Of a stretch of 64,000 bases of DNA, positions 12,836 through 25,125 are shown piece by piece. A program made the translations under genes and the position numbers. The notes below the pieces were generated by a model, which did not search any database, was not told where the DNA came from, and saw nothing but the letters and a program-made list of their open reading frames with translations. Source of the stretch: Camelus ferus (taxonomy: Eukaryota); contig NC_045697.1 of NCBI RefSeq assembly GCF_009834535.1, forward strand, positions 45,944,001 to 46,008,000, written 5' to 3'. The first letter of the stretch is position 1. Each line of letters starts with the position of its first letter.

Positions 12836-13510
12836 AATTTTATCCGCATTTAGTAGCTACAGTCAGTAATCAAAATCCTCCGAACAAAATAAAATTTATA
12901 TTAACAAAATTATTTCATATGTACTTTGCAAAGCCAGTAAAATAGGTGAATTTACACTTGCAATGGAGTTTTTAAAAATGCCTTAAGCTGAGTGCAGTAT
13001 GTTCAGTGAGTTTCAATTTTGTTAATTTAAAAAATCAATAGCTCACTAATACACATAGACCTTAAAAATATGTTATTTGCTATGCCTTTGGGGGAATTTA
13101 ACTGGTGGTAATTGATCATTTTGCAAATTATTTTGTTTTTTGTGGCATACGGACATTTTTCAAAAATAACCATCTATAAACTTCACAAGAGTATCTTCAT
13201 TTCAGTGAAGTACTTGCATCCTTATCTAGACTACTTGTCTTTACAAGTCAGATCTGCAATCCTCAGAGCATCTGCTGGCTGCCTCTACTGACACTAAGCT
13301 TTTTCAACAAAGTGTTGCCCCTAAGAAGTATCCATGACTATGCTTTCCCGTCTGCTATGACAATGTCATTGTCTTTGAACCTGCCATTTCTGCTTACATG
13401 GCTTAAAGAGACCAATAGTCTAAAAATATGTCTTTTAGGCATTTTGATACTTTCCCAGAGATAATGATTGACTTTCTGGCCATCAATGGATGTTTAATAA
13501 TAGCACTTAC

Positions 13511-13530
13511 TTGTTTAGATAATTTATGAG
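13511..13530 (-). other. Candidate 20-nt microexon
   Basis: Minus strand reads cactctgtattattttag|CTCATAAATTATCTAAACAA|gtaagt, with a consensus GTAAGT donor, in a long repeat-free block. Confidence 0.3.
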
Positions 13531-15999
13531 CTAAAATAATACAGAGTGATTTAAAAAAATACTCCATGAACAAATGTGTATTTCATCATACTCTTTGTAA
13601 ACTGAGTTCAGCTATAAATAATGAGAACAAAGCAGAACTTCAGAGGTTTTCTACACATACTATAATTGAAAATTTATTTTGATTAGAATATAGTATCTTG
13701 AAAATCCAATTCTTTGAAGCAATCCATCCAGTAAACAACCAGCAGCATCTTCACAATATCCACTTTAGACACTTTCATCTTTGGAGTACTACACAATCAC
13801 TAAGGACACATTAGGATACTATTTGAAGAAAGAACACAATGAAAACTTTGTATTAATTTGTTTTTAAGGAAAAATGCCCCAGTACATGAGGGAAAGAATT
13901 TATCAACTAGGTACTGCCCAGGTTCACATTAAATTGTTACAGCTGGGTATAACCATAAAAAAACTGGATATGACTATTAGCAGATACTTGTCCAGCATAA
14001 ATCAGAACACATGTTTTAGCTTTATGGCAATGGGCTGTGAGCTTTTTGTCACTTGGTTCCCAAAACGTGTTAATGTTCCAGGTGTCCACCTAATTCAGTT
14101 AGTACCAATATAAAGATTTTTCAAGACGTGGTTTAACTTTACTGAACCAAACAAGTTTATTGCACTAAAGTGATGTAGCTCTTTAAGATGTTGCAATAAG
14201 ATCTACATGACCACTTAACACTAAAATATCTAGTTTGAATTCTTTAATTAATAGGTGTGTTTACAATGCTATTATTCCTAAGAGACCAGTTTTCATAACA
14301 AATAATTCATTACTTTATCATTCTGTGGCAAATGTTTGCTCTTTTGATCAGAAATGTGTCTTAGTCTTACCTAACAGTTGGAAAAACCAATTAACAATAG
14401 AAACATTTATTTAAAGTCTAATTTGTTTTCCCAGAGTGTTCTATAGAATATGAAAGTATTTTACCTGCCTTTCTTATGCACGTTAGCATATTAAATGGCC
14501 TGAGAAATCTTGCGATAAAGAAATCAGTTTGATTTTCTTTAACTCAGCATCTCCCAAATTTATTTAACTATGTAATTCTTATATCCCTTAAAAAAATATT
14601 AACCTCATGCAGAGAGTACTTTAAAAGGCTTGGGATAGAAAAGATAACTCCAAGTTTTCTTTGTATACTTCATTTCTAATTCTTAAATGATTTCCACATT
14701 TTTCAAATCTATATTTTTTCACTTTAAGTCCCCATGTCTCATTCTTTCTTTTTTTAATAGAGAAAAACTTCGATAAACTGGCAACCTTAACTTCAACTTT
14801 TACATAATCCAACTCAATGCAGTAAATATTCACCAAGGTAAAATTGTTATACCATCCCTTAGTTTTCATTTTGGTAGACTAAATAGACCAAAGCCCTACA
14901 ATTGTTTTTCCTTATAGATCACAATTTATACCCATCTGATCATTCTTCTGGAACCCTACCTTTTCAAAGACATGTATGATCATTTTGAATTATGATCATT
15001 GACACTAGGCACAGCAGTCTAATTAACACAGCATATTACAAGAATCAGAAACCACCTTAAACATCAAGACTTCTCTGAAATTATTCCTGCACATTCCCTT
15101 TATAAAGTGTAATTCTTTGGAAATTCTATGTGAAATCACTGTATCAACACCCTCCACTCCCACCCTTACCCCCCAAAATACAGCTTTTTTTTTTTGCCAA
15201 GGCAATCCTCTATACCGATGTCTTTTTAAGTAAGATATTTTAAATTTTGTAAATAAATGATAATAAATACATTAAGACAAGGAGTAAAACTTTCAATCTA
15301 TGAAACATACAAGGAAATAGAATCAACTCATACCCAACTACTGCATTCAGACACAAAATGATTCACCACCGGGTGCCCATACTTACTGGTGCTTAAAAAT
15401 TAACTCAGTCCTTTTTGACACTGAATTTCCAGTAACTGTTTTAATTTTTAGACTTAATATTGTTTTTCAAAATACATACAAGATTTTTTTATTTGATAAG
15501 CTTCTTACTAAAAATATTTGTACTGATAATAATTCATTAACTATTTTAATGGCTAGAGGACTATGCTCATAGAATATAAAGAATTTTTAAATTTTTATTT
15601 ATATGCATTTTATTCCAGATAAATAAGATAGGGCAATAAATGAAAGGCTATCAAACACACCGAAAAAATTCATTTGAACAAAATAAAATTCTGTGGGGTA
15701 AGTGGAATGGAATTAAAGTCAAGAAGAAATATTAGTGATAAATATTTTGAATTGTTATGGAACAGCTTGTCTGTTTTTAAATAGTGGACATCATCTGCTA
15801 TGGCATTTAGTTCTTGTTGGATACATTTTAAAAGGTGGCATACAATATACCAGGGGTAACATCCTTTATAACAATTTAAATTACAGTAAAAATATTAGAT
15901 ATAAACTTTAAAAATACATGAAATATGTATTTTTTTTTAAAAAATCCTTTAAGGAGTGAATGAACAATATGTCTGAAGACCACTGACTTAGGGAAAGTG

Positions 16000-16620
16000 A
16001 GGAACTAAATAAATGCACTAGGGAAATGTAGTAGGATTGCTGGAGCACTAACAGTTCAAGCAGGTTAGTCCTCATGAATTGAAAATGAGATCAGTCATTT
16101 TTGCAGGGTTTTCTCCAGCCTTGTTCACGTCTGCAAGTGCAGGTGTGGAGGGAGAGGAGAGCTGGATTTAACCAGAGTTGGAGTTTTGCCAAGTCAACAA
16201 TAATAAAGTGAAAAATAGAAGCGAGCTGACAATGTCTGCAAGGGAGTAATTATAATGATGGACTGTGGAATCTAAACTAAGTTGGGAGGGAAATGGGAGA
16301 ATGGAGACTTAGGGGATAGTTTTAAAAGGTGTCAGAACAATAGGCTATAGGGCTCATGAGAGTCAAAGAATAAATCTAGAGAACTAAAGAGAGAGCTGTG
16401 GAAAGGTCAGCAGCAGTGTTATGAAAATGAGATACTTGAAATGGAGACAATGAGGAGATTGCAGATATTAGTAATGCAAGATCTAGGGTCTGACAGTGGG
16501 ATGAGATGGATAGAGTTGGTTGGTGTACAAGCTCATGGGAGAAGAAAGCCAGGATCTGAGTGGCCAGACTAGAAGGCTTATCTCCATGCTTACTGAATCC
16601 CCAAAATGATGATGGGCATA
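16000..16620 (-). mobile_element. Ancient L2-like LINE fragment (probably continues at ~16970-17370 and ~17850-17990)
   Basis: Purine-rich degenerate sequence typical of reverse-oriented L2 ORF2, broken by the LTR insertions that follow. Confidence 0.45.
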
Positions 16621-16625
16621 GGGAC

Positions 16626-16964
16626 TGTTAAATTATTTAAACAACAGGCCACTTGACTGAGGTGACTCTAATGTCTTGGAGGCCTATATTTACAAGTAAG
16701 CAAACAAAAATCTAAGCCATAAATTCCTCAAAGTTACAAAACTGAAACCTAAGGACAACCAATTATAGACAACTAGCTAGGCTTTAAGATGAGGTTAATA
16801 ATAATTTCCTTGCTTTGCTCCTGCCTTTTCTCAGTAAAAATCCTTCCCTAAGCTCCTGCTGGTGGAGCCCTCCTCACCACTTTCTGATACGGAGCTGCTT
16901 GATGAAAGTCGTTCTTTGCTCAAAAACTTGAAATTTTTTGTATACTTCAGTTTACCTTTTAACA
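16626..16964 (+). mobile_element. ERV1-type solo LTR
   Basis: TGTTAAA...TTTAACA inverted termini, CCAAT near 16760, U5-like end TTCTTTGCTCAAAAAC...CAGTTTACCTTTTAACA. Confidence 0.75.
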
Positions 16965-17372
16965 GTTTGAAAAGACAAACCCAGGAGCTTAAACTGAAGT
17001 CTGCAGAAAACATCAAGAAGCAGGAGTGGTACATGGTATAGTTTGAAGACATGACTTCCCAAGCTGGGAGATTGGGGAAAACAAAGGAAAATTCTCTGGA
17101 AACAGCAGCCCCAGAGGCATGAAACCATCATTCAAGAGCTTTGCAAAGGAGATAGTGTCCTTGAGGAAGAGCCAGTTGGCAGTGAAGAGAGTGATGAGAA
17201 AAGAGCTCCAGAGAACACAGTGAAAGGGATTGGAAAGAAATGGAAGATAGAGTCAGAAAAGGAGGCACACACATGGAATGAAATTTCAGGAGATAAGGAC
17301 TCCTGGAAATCCTGAGTATCCGTACAACTGACAAACAGTGAAACAGAACATGAGATTAATCTTGATGCTACC

Positions 17373-17846
17373 GTGGGAGAACCATGAGTTGGGCCCCATG
17401 AGTTGGTATAAAGATTATTTTAAAGTGAAAACATCTGAACTATAGAAGAGGCAGAAAGAAATTTTATCTGAACTTCACCTATCTGATCTAAAGTAGAGCC
17501 TCCCAAAAATACAGCTACCTTTAAACCCTCCAAGGGAGTTTCCTATGAATTCAGCTGCCCTGAAGATAGATTATTCACTCCCATTAGCATCAAAAAGCCC
17601 AAAAAAACTTTCCATACTCTCCCATTGAAATGCTAACCCAACACCCCACTCTTGTTAAGTTTAGTATATAAACCTTTTATCTTTGGCTATTGAGTGAATA
17701 ACTCATCACTGAACACCCCTCCACATACCCCATACCCATGAATTCACAAATGAACCTTCTTTTCTCCTGTTAATCTATTTTCAGTTTATATGCAAGTCCT
17801 CAATCACTAGACCCAAGTTGGAAGACAATGAGTTATCATTTCAACA
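17373..17846 (+). mobile_element. MER34/MER39-like ERV1 solo LTR
   Basis: GGTATAAAGATTATTTTAAAGTGAA near the start, TATATAAA near 17665, 3' CTTTTCTCCTGTTAATCT...CAGTTTATATGCAAG, ends in CA. Confidence 0.7.
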
Positions 17847-18088
17847 CTATCAAGACAGATGGTGATGGTCAGTGGAGTTCTGAGTGTTAAGGAAAAAGAA
17901 GGAATAGGGGCAGTGGGATCTTTCTAGGAGCCGGAGATTCAAGAACTCCCTTATTACTCCTACCATGGATGCTGTAGGAGGAAGGACAGCGTTGTTAGAG
18001 CACTATGTGGGTCTTGCTTTACATAATTCATCCATTAAAAGAACAGACCACTTGGTCTCTCAGGGACTACTATGAGTCTAGCAATCTC

Positions 18089-18556
18089 TGCCAACTAAAG
18101 ATGCCGCTCGCCATCTGGCTCTACAAGGATTGAGTCATTAGCCACTGCAGTCGCTGACCTTCAACACATGCTGAAAGAAGTTCAGAGCAGAGATCAAGAA
18201 TGAGCCACTCCGCTCTGGGAAAACCAGCAGAATATGCCTTCAGACAGCTAGGTATTCTCAGGAGAAAATTTTGTGAACCCAATTTTGGGCATCTTCTTAT
18301 ACTTAGAAAACCACTAAAATCATTGACATCTGTGCCTTGTGACTAGCAGTAACCTTCTACCAAGATGTGTGCTTGATTGCAAGCACCCGTTCTCTAAAGG
18401 TACTCCTTCACACATAGGCTGACCTCCCCCCTTACTTCTTTGGAGCAGTTCCTCAGAGCTACTGAGAGGCTGTCTCCTAGGCTATAGTGCTCAGTAAGTC
18501 CCCAAATAAAACTGAACTCACAGCTCTCATGTCGTGCATTTTTATTTCAGTCAACA
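18089..18556 (+). mobile_element. ERV1 solo LTR (Laurasiatherian lineage-type)
   Basis: TGCCAACT...AGTCAACA termini, AATAAA near 18505, near-TSD TCTC/CCTC. Confidence 0.8.
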
Positions 18557-18559
18557 CCT

Positions 18560-20275
18560 CTTTCTTTAACTGACCTCTGGGACAGCACTTCTGGTTTCCC
18601 CCCTGCCTCACTGACTCTTATTCTCAGTCTCTTTGCTAGATCTTCCTCCTCTCCTAATGTCTGTGGGGCCAACTGACGTCCTTCAAAGTCCAGCACCCTC
18701 ATTCCTGGGCTCTCAGGTATCTGCTTGCAATCCCTCAACAGATAAAGTATATTCTTTACTGGGCATGTTTGCCCTAAGAAACTAATAGCCCTCGGTAATG
18801 CCTAATCTCACAATAGCTCAGGCTGGCTCATTTCAGTCCACCTTATCAGACTCATAAGACCCACCGCCCCTTCGCAGACTCTAAACTTCTTACCTCACCT
18901 ACAACCAATGAGAGACTTATGCACAAGCTGATCAGGCACCTTGTAACCATATGGTATAAAAGACCCCAATAACTGGCCCTTGGTGCTCACACAGGCCCCT
19001 GTCGTCTGTGTGGCCCACTGTTGTTTATGGCAGCGTAACCTAATAAACTCCTTTACCATTCTCCTCCTTTATCTTTGGTAAATTCTTTTACTACCTAAAA
19101 CGCTGGCCTGCCATGTACCTTAACAACATCTAAATTTTGAAGTGGTCTAGGACTCTGTCCGTGGCTGCCCTCTTTCCTTCCATCTCTCTCCCTCCAGCCC
19201 TAAATCATTCCCACTAAATTAGCTTTAAACACCAATATTCGCTGATGATTTGTATTCATTTCTAAATGTACAACTCTAAGCCTGACGTTGTCTTGAGATC
19301 AAAACTCACACATCCCCAAGTGACCTAACATGTTCACTTGGATGACAGAAGCTATCTCAATTTTAACAAGTCCAAGAGATGTCCTTATTCCCTTCATACC
19401 CCAGAACAACCATCCACTTTCTCAGACTGCCTTGTCTCCTCATCTCAGCAAATGGCACCAAAAACTTACCAAGTTTCTCAGGCCAAAAATAATTTATGTG
19501 TCTCAGCTGATTCTTCTCTTTCACTCACACTGCATATCAAATCCATCAGTATATCTTGTCCCTCTGTTTCAAAAAAAAAAAAAAAATCTAATTGTGCAAC
19601 ACTTCCCCACCTCCCAGAACAAGCTCCTATCATTTCTTGCATAGGCTACTGCAGTACCCACTAACTGCTTTCTGCCTGCTTCTGTTTCCCCCCATAATCT
19701 GCCCCCTACACAACAGCCAGAGGGATTTTTAAAAATACAGTATGTTCACAACCTCTACCTGTTTTAGCTCTAAGCTAAGTGCCTCTCAAAGACCTTACAT
19801 GGCCTCCAAGTCCCAGTCTACACAGGCACCTGCATACCTCTTTAGCTTCCCTCTCCTCTCACTACCTCTGTCACCCTCTGCTCCAGCCTCACAGGCCTTC
19901 TCACTCCCCCCCACACATGCTACTCTAAGCCCCCAGCCCCCAGCCTTTGTTTCCTCTACCTGGACCCTCCTGAAAATCTGCAGGGCTGCCTCTTTCTGTT
20001 TCAAGCCTCTGATGGCTTTCCCTGAACACACTATATAAACTGCACCATCTCAAGTCAACCCAATCACCTTGTTCTGCTTCATTTCTTCATAGTATCAATT
20101 ACCACATAAAACTGGATTTCACATTGATTAGTTTAATTGTTTATTACCCGTCTTCCTCACTAAGATATAATCCCCATGAATAGAGGAACCATGTCTATCT
20201 TTCTCATCTCCGTATCCCCAAAACCTAGAAAGATAGTTTCATCACCAAACAACATTGCTGAATGAATTGAGGAAT
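18560..20275 (+). mobile_element. L2a LINE 3' portion, interrupted by the LTR at 18662-19125
   Basis: Pyrimidine-rich L2 ORF2/3'UTR (CACTTGGATG, CAGCCAGAGGGATTTTTAAAA) ending GCTGAATGAATTGA. Confidence 0.8.
18662..19125 (+). mobile_element. Solo LTR inserted in L2
   Basis: TG...CA ends, CCAAT near 18905, TATAAAA near 18955, AATAAA near 19042. Flanks ATGTC/ACATC form a 5-bp TSD derived from ACGTC. Confidence 0.85.
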
Positions 20276-20489
20276 AAACGAGTGGTCAATTTATAAATAT
20301 ATTCTGTACATTCTCATTCTTTTTGTTGCTTTATATACCAAATCTCAATTCTATGGACTTACACACTCAATTTTTTTTTTTTTGCATCCTGTGAAATACT
20401 TCTAACCTGACCCATTTCCTGCATTCCATTATATGATATAAAACTATATTTAAATAGTTATTATAGTATACTGATGGTGAATGCAGGAA

Positions 20490-22660
20490 TTTTTTTACTT
20501 CTTAATTGAAATACAATAGACATATAACAATATATTAGTGTCAGGTGTAAAGCATAATGATTCAATATTTGTATATACTGCAAAATGATCACCACAATAA
20601 GTCGTTACCATATGTCACAATGTAAAGTAACAAAATTATTCTTCTTGTGGTAAGAACTTTTAAGATTTACTCTCTTAGCAGCTTTCAAATATGCAATGTA
20701 ATATTATCAACTGCTATATATTGCCACATGCTGTATATTGTATCCTCGTGACTTTATTTTATAAGTAGACGTTTTTACCTCTTGACATCCTTCATTCATT
20801 TCATCCACCCCCAAATTCCCCTCTCCTCTGGCAATCACCAATCTGTTATCTGTATCTATTAATTTTGTCTTCTTTTGTCTGTTCATTTGTTCTGTGTTTT
20901 AGATCATGTAAGCGAAATCATACCGTATTTGTCTTTCTCTGACTTATTTCACTTGGCATAATACTCTCAAAGTCCATCCATGTTGTCACAAATGGTAAGA
21001 TTTCATTCATTTTTATGGCTGAAAAGAATTCCTCTCTCTCTATCACATCTTTATCCATTTATCCATTGATGTGCCCTTAAGATGTTTCCATATCTGGGCT
21101 ATTGTAAATAATGCTGCCATGAACATGGAGTGCTATATCTTTTGGAAATACTGTTTTTGTTTTCTTTGGATAAACATTCAGAAGTAAAATCGCTGGATCA
21201 TGTGGTAGTTCTATTTTTAATTTTTGAGGAACTTACATTCTGTTTTCTATAATGGCTGCACCAATTTGCATTCCTACCAACGGTGCATGAGTTTCCTTCT
21301 CTCCACATCCTCACCAGCACTTGTCATTTCTTGTCTTTTTGATAATAACTATTCTAACTGGTGTGAGGCGATATTATAGTTTGATTTGCATTTCCCTGAT
21401 AATTAGTAAAGGGAAACACCTTTTCATGTGCCTGTTGGCCATCAGTATGTCTTCTTTGGAAAAATGTCTATTCAGATCCTATGACCATATTATTAATCAA
21501 GTTGTTTGTTTTTCTGTTGTTGAGTTGTATGGTTTTTTATATTGCTTAGATATTAATCCTTTGTTGGATATATGATTTGCAAATATCATCTTCTACTCTG
21601 TACCCTTGTCTTTCCATTTTGTTGATGGCTTCTTTTGCTGTGCAGAATTTTTATTTTTTTGTTTTTGTTTTGTTTTTTGTGTAGAACTTTTTAGTTTGAT
21701 GGAGTCCTACCTGTTCATTTTTGCTTTTGTTGCCTTTGCTTTTGGTGTCAAATACAAAAAAAAAAAAAAAAAAAAAAAATCATTGCCAAGACCAATGTCT
21801 AGGAGCTTGCCATCTATATTTCCTTCTAGGAGTTTGATGGTTTCAGTTCTTATGTTCAAATCTTTTATCCATTTTGAGTTGATTTTTGTGCATAATGTAA
21901 GGTAGTAGACTAATTCCCCCCTTTTCAGGTGGCTGTCCAGTTTTCCCAGCACCACTTACTAAAAAGACTATCCTTTCCCCATTCTTGACTCTTCTGTTGG
22001 AAATTAATTGACTGTATATGTACAGGTTTATTTTGGGGCTCTCTATTCTCTTACAGTAATCTATGTGTCTGTTTTAATGCCACTACAATTCCGCTTTGAT
22101 TGCTACAGGTCTGTAAAATAGTTTGAAATCAGGAAGTGTGATGCCTCCAGCTTTGTTATTCCTTCTCAAGATTGCTTTGGCTACTTGGGATTATTTGTCG
22201 GTTCTACATACATTTTAGGTTTATCTGTTATATTTCTTTGAAAAATGCCATTGGAATTTTGGTAGGGATTGCACTGAATCTGTAGATCGCTTTAGATAAT
22301 AGGGAATTTTTTTTTTATCCATTTGTCTTTTTTTTTCTTTGTTTTTAAATTCTTTTTATTTGGGTAATATTTTATTTTATTTTAGTTTATTTTAAAACAT
22401 TTTTTATTGAGTTATAGTCATTTTACAATGTTGTGTCAAATTCCAGTATAGGGCACAACTTTTCAGTTATGCGTGAACATACATATATTCATTGTCACCT
22501 TTTTTTTTTGCTATGAGCTACCGATAATAGGGAAATTTTAACAACATTAATTCTTCCAATCTATAAGCACAGAGTATTATCCCATTTTTCTGTCTTTCTC
22601 GATTTCTTTCATCAATCTGTTACATTTTTCAGTGTAAGCTACCTTCACTTGTTAATTTTT
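20490..22660 (-). mobile_element. L1 3' portion (3'UTR plus degraded ORF2 C-terminal part)
   Basis: ORF track 21707-21955 (YLTLCTKINSKWIKDLNIRTETIKLLEGNIDGKLLDIGLGND) is an L1 ORF2 peptide. T-rich end near 20490. Confidence 0.9.
22307..22522 (-). mobile_element. Young, short L1 3' end (camelid L1-1_Vpa-like) nested in the older L1
   Basis: Perfect 12-bp TSD GATAATAGGGAA at 22295-22306 and 22523-22534, long T-rich tail, TTTATTGAGTTATAGTCATTTTACAATGTTGTGTCAAATTCCAG. Confidence 0.9.
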
Positions 22661-24374
22661 TTTTCATTTTGCTACTCTGAACTCTAGTGTATTTTTCAGT
22701 TCAGTTATTATATTCTTATTCAATTGCAGTTTCTGCTACTTTCTTGTATTTTCTATCTCTTTGCTGAAGCTCTCATCTTCATGATCAACACTTTGAATTA
22801 TTTATGAGAGAAATTATTTATCTGCATTTCATTAAGGTTTTTTTGCAGTTTTACCTTATTTTTTCATTTAGAATATATTCTTCTGTTTCCTCACTTGCTT
22901 GACTCTCTGTGTTTGTTTTCTGTACTGGGCAAAACAGCTCCCTCTCCCAGGTTTGAAGGAGTGGCCTTATGTAAGAGATGAATCTTATCACTCAACCTTG
23001 CCCTAGCTCTTGTTTGTCTTGTGAACCTTTGTGATTGTTTAAGCAGCATGATTTATTCTTGATAGGTCCCAGTTATTGAGGGTGTGCCAAGACCTGTCAG
23101 AGTTCCAGAGGGAGGGATCTCAGTTAGTACCTAGTTTCAGGCTGATGGGAATCCTGACTCTCAGGCAGGAGCTTTTAAACTATACACATATATATATAGT
23201 CCTGTGGGACCCCAATCATAAACCCTGCTGGCCTCCGGCCACATAATCTTGAGGTGTCCCCTTGGTGAAAGTTGCAAAAATCAGGGATCCAGACAAGTGT
23301 GTAAGCTCCTTTCTGGGAAGCACTGGCAAGGCCAAGTGAGTGCAAACACAGTTCTCCCTGGCCTGCGTACACTGACAGCATCTCTGTAGCTTCTAGATGT
23401 GTGGTAAACCTGCAGCCTGCTCCTCAGGTTGAAGCTTCAGGACAAGTAAATAGGTCTTTTTTCACAAGATGACTGGGGGTGTATTTCAGTCTACTGTATG
23501 TGCAAAGCTGTGGGTGTGACAGCCTGTCAAGAATTGTCTCTCTGTTTTCAGTTCTGTGGGGTCCAGAAATGCACAAGCTGATGTCAACAGAGATAGGTGA
23601 TTAATGGGTATCAGCTGTGTGGACCATGTGCCCTTTAGCAGACCAATCGGAGAGTGTAGGGCCAGTGCATGCCTGCTAGCTTTAGCAGATCCATGGGTGA
23701 GCACAGGGCTGGGGCACACCCACAAGCTTTGGTGGGACTGCAGAAGAGTGCAGGGCCTGGGCATGCCCACTGTTGCTAACAAGGTAGATGGAGAACACAG
23801 AAATGGTGCTCACCATCACCTCTACTCCCAGAGAGCTCTAACAGGCTCCTGCCCCTCCAGTAGATGTTTTAAAATTAGCAAATTAATCTCATTCACATTT
23901 GGTCTATGTGCTCTTCAAACTGTTGGTTTTCTGTGGGGTCCCAGAGGGAGTGAGTCTGTGTGTGAGTCCTTTTGGAGCAAAATGTCCTTTTCCTCTAGCC
24001 CTCTGGTTCACTTGGATGTAAGTCCTGTTGGTTTCCAAAGCCAGACCTTTGGGGGCTCCTCTCTCCAGTGCAGGTCCCAAGGGTTGAGGTGCTTGATGTG
24101 GGGCATGAACCCCTCCCTCATTGGACAGAAGCTCCATATTTGTGAGATCCCTTCTGTTTGGGGGTGGGGGTATGGAATGTCTGGTGAGACGATGTCTCTG
24201 CCTCTCCTACCGTTCTCGATACGGCCTTTATCCTTTGTTGGGAAGGAGCCATTCAGTTAGTTTTCATGTTTTTTTTTCAGAAAGAATTGTTCCAAACATA
24301 GCTGTAGATCTGGTGCATCCATGGGAGGAGATGAGTCTTCAACATCCTATGCTGCCATCTTGAACCACCCCTCA
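22660..24374 (-). mobile_element. L1 5'UTR plus start of ORF1 region
   Basis: Reverse complement begins GAGGGGTGGTTCAAGATGGCAGCATAGGA (typical L1 5' end), followed by a GC-richer 5'UTR and an A-rich ORF1-like segment. Confidence 0.8.
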
Positions 24375-24879
24375 GAAAATTGTTTTAAAGTTGTTTGAAT
24401 TTGAACATATACATTCTCCATCCCACTCAACCATGTAAAAGAAGAAAACTGAACTTGTCTTAGATTGCTTGTTTTTTAGAGATGAACAGGGAAATATTTA
24501 GTATCTTTATTAACCTTAAGTTTTCAGAAACTGACTTTAAAATTTATTGTCCCATCCAGGAAATTTCCAGGTTGAATAAACATTTCCTAATTACAATCAC
24601 TTTCTTATTTCCATTTAAAAAATAAGGAGTATTATTTGTCAGGTCAGTAACGTCACTTCTCAGCTTTTTGAAAAGATTCATAATTCAACAAGTTATAAAT
24701 ATATGTAAAATCATATATATCAGATAAATTATGTACCCAAACATTATTGTTCAAATAAATATGTTTTTCTTGTACTTATTCCTCAGCATGTTCCTTTGCT
24801 TAATGAAAATGCTGATAATACAAAGTTGGAGAAACCTGAAACACGGTCACAACGTGATGAAAACTTAAATTAACTAATT

Positions 24880-25125
24880 GTTCCAGCTTTATTAGGCTAT
24901 AATTGAATATTAATATTACATAAGTTTAAGGTGTACAACATGATTTCATATACTTAATACTGCATAGTGATTACCACTGTAGTGTTAGCTAACACCTGCA
25001 TTATGTCACATAATTTTCATTTCTTTTTTGTGATGATATTTACAATTTACTCTCATAGCAACTTTCAAGTATATAATACAAACTATAATCAGTATACTGT
25101 ACCTGAGATCCCCAGAGCTTATTCA
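24880..25125 (-). mobile_element. L1MA-type 3'UTR fragment
   Basis: AGCTTTATTAGGCTATAATTG...GTTTAAGGTGTACAACATGAT...TACTCTCATAGCAACTTTCAAGTATATAATACA. Confidence 0.75.

Noticed and set aside
23604..24260. 218-aa ORF, the longest in the track
   Set aside because: It lies antisense within the GC-richer L1 5'UTR and has no recognisable domain. A chance ORF is the simplest explanation.
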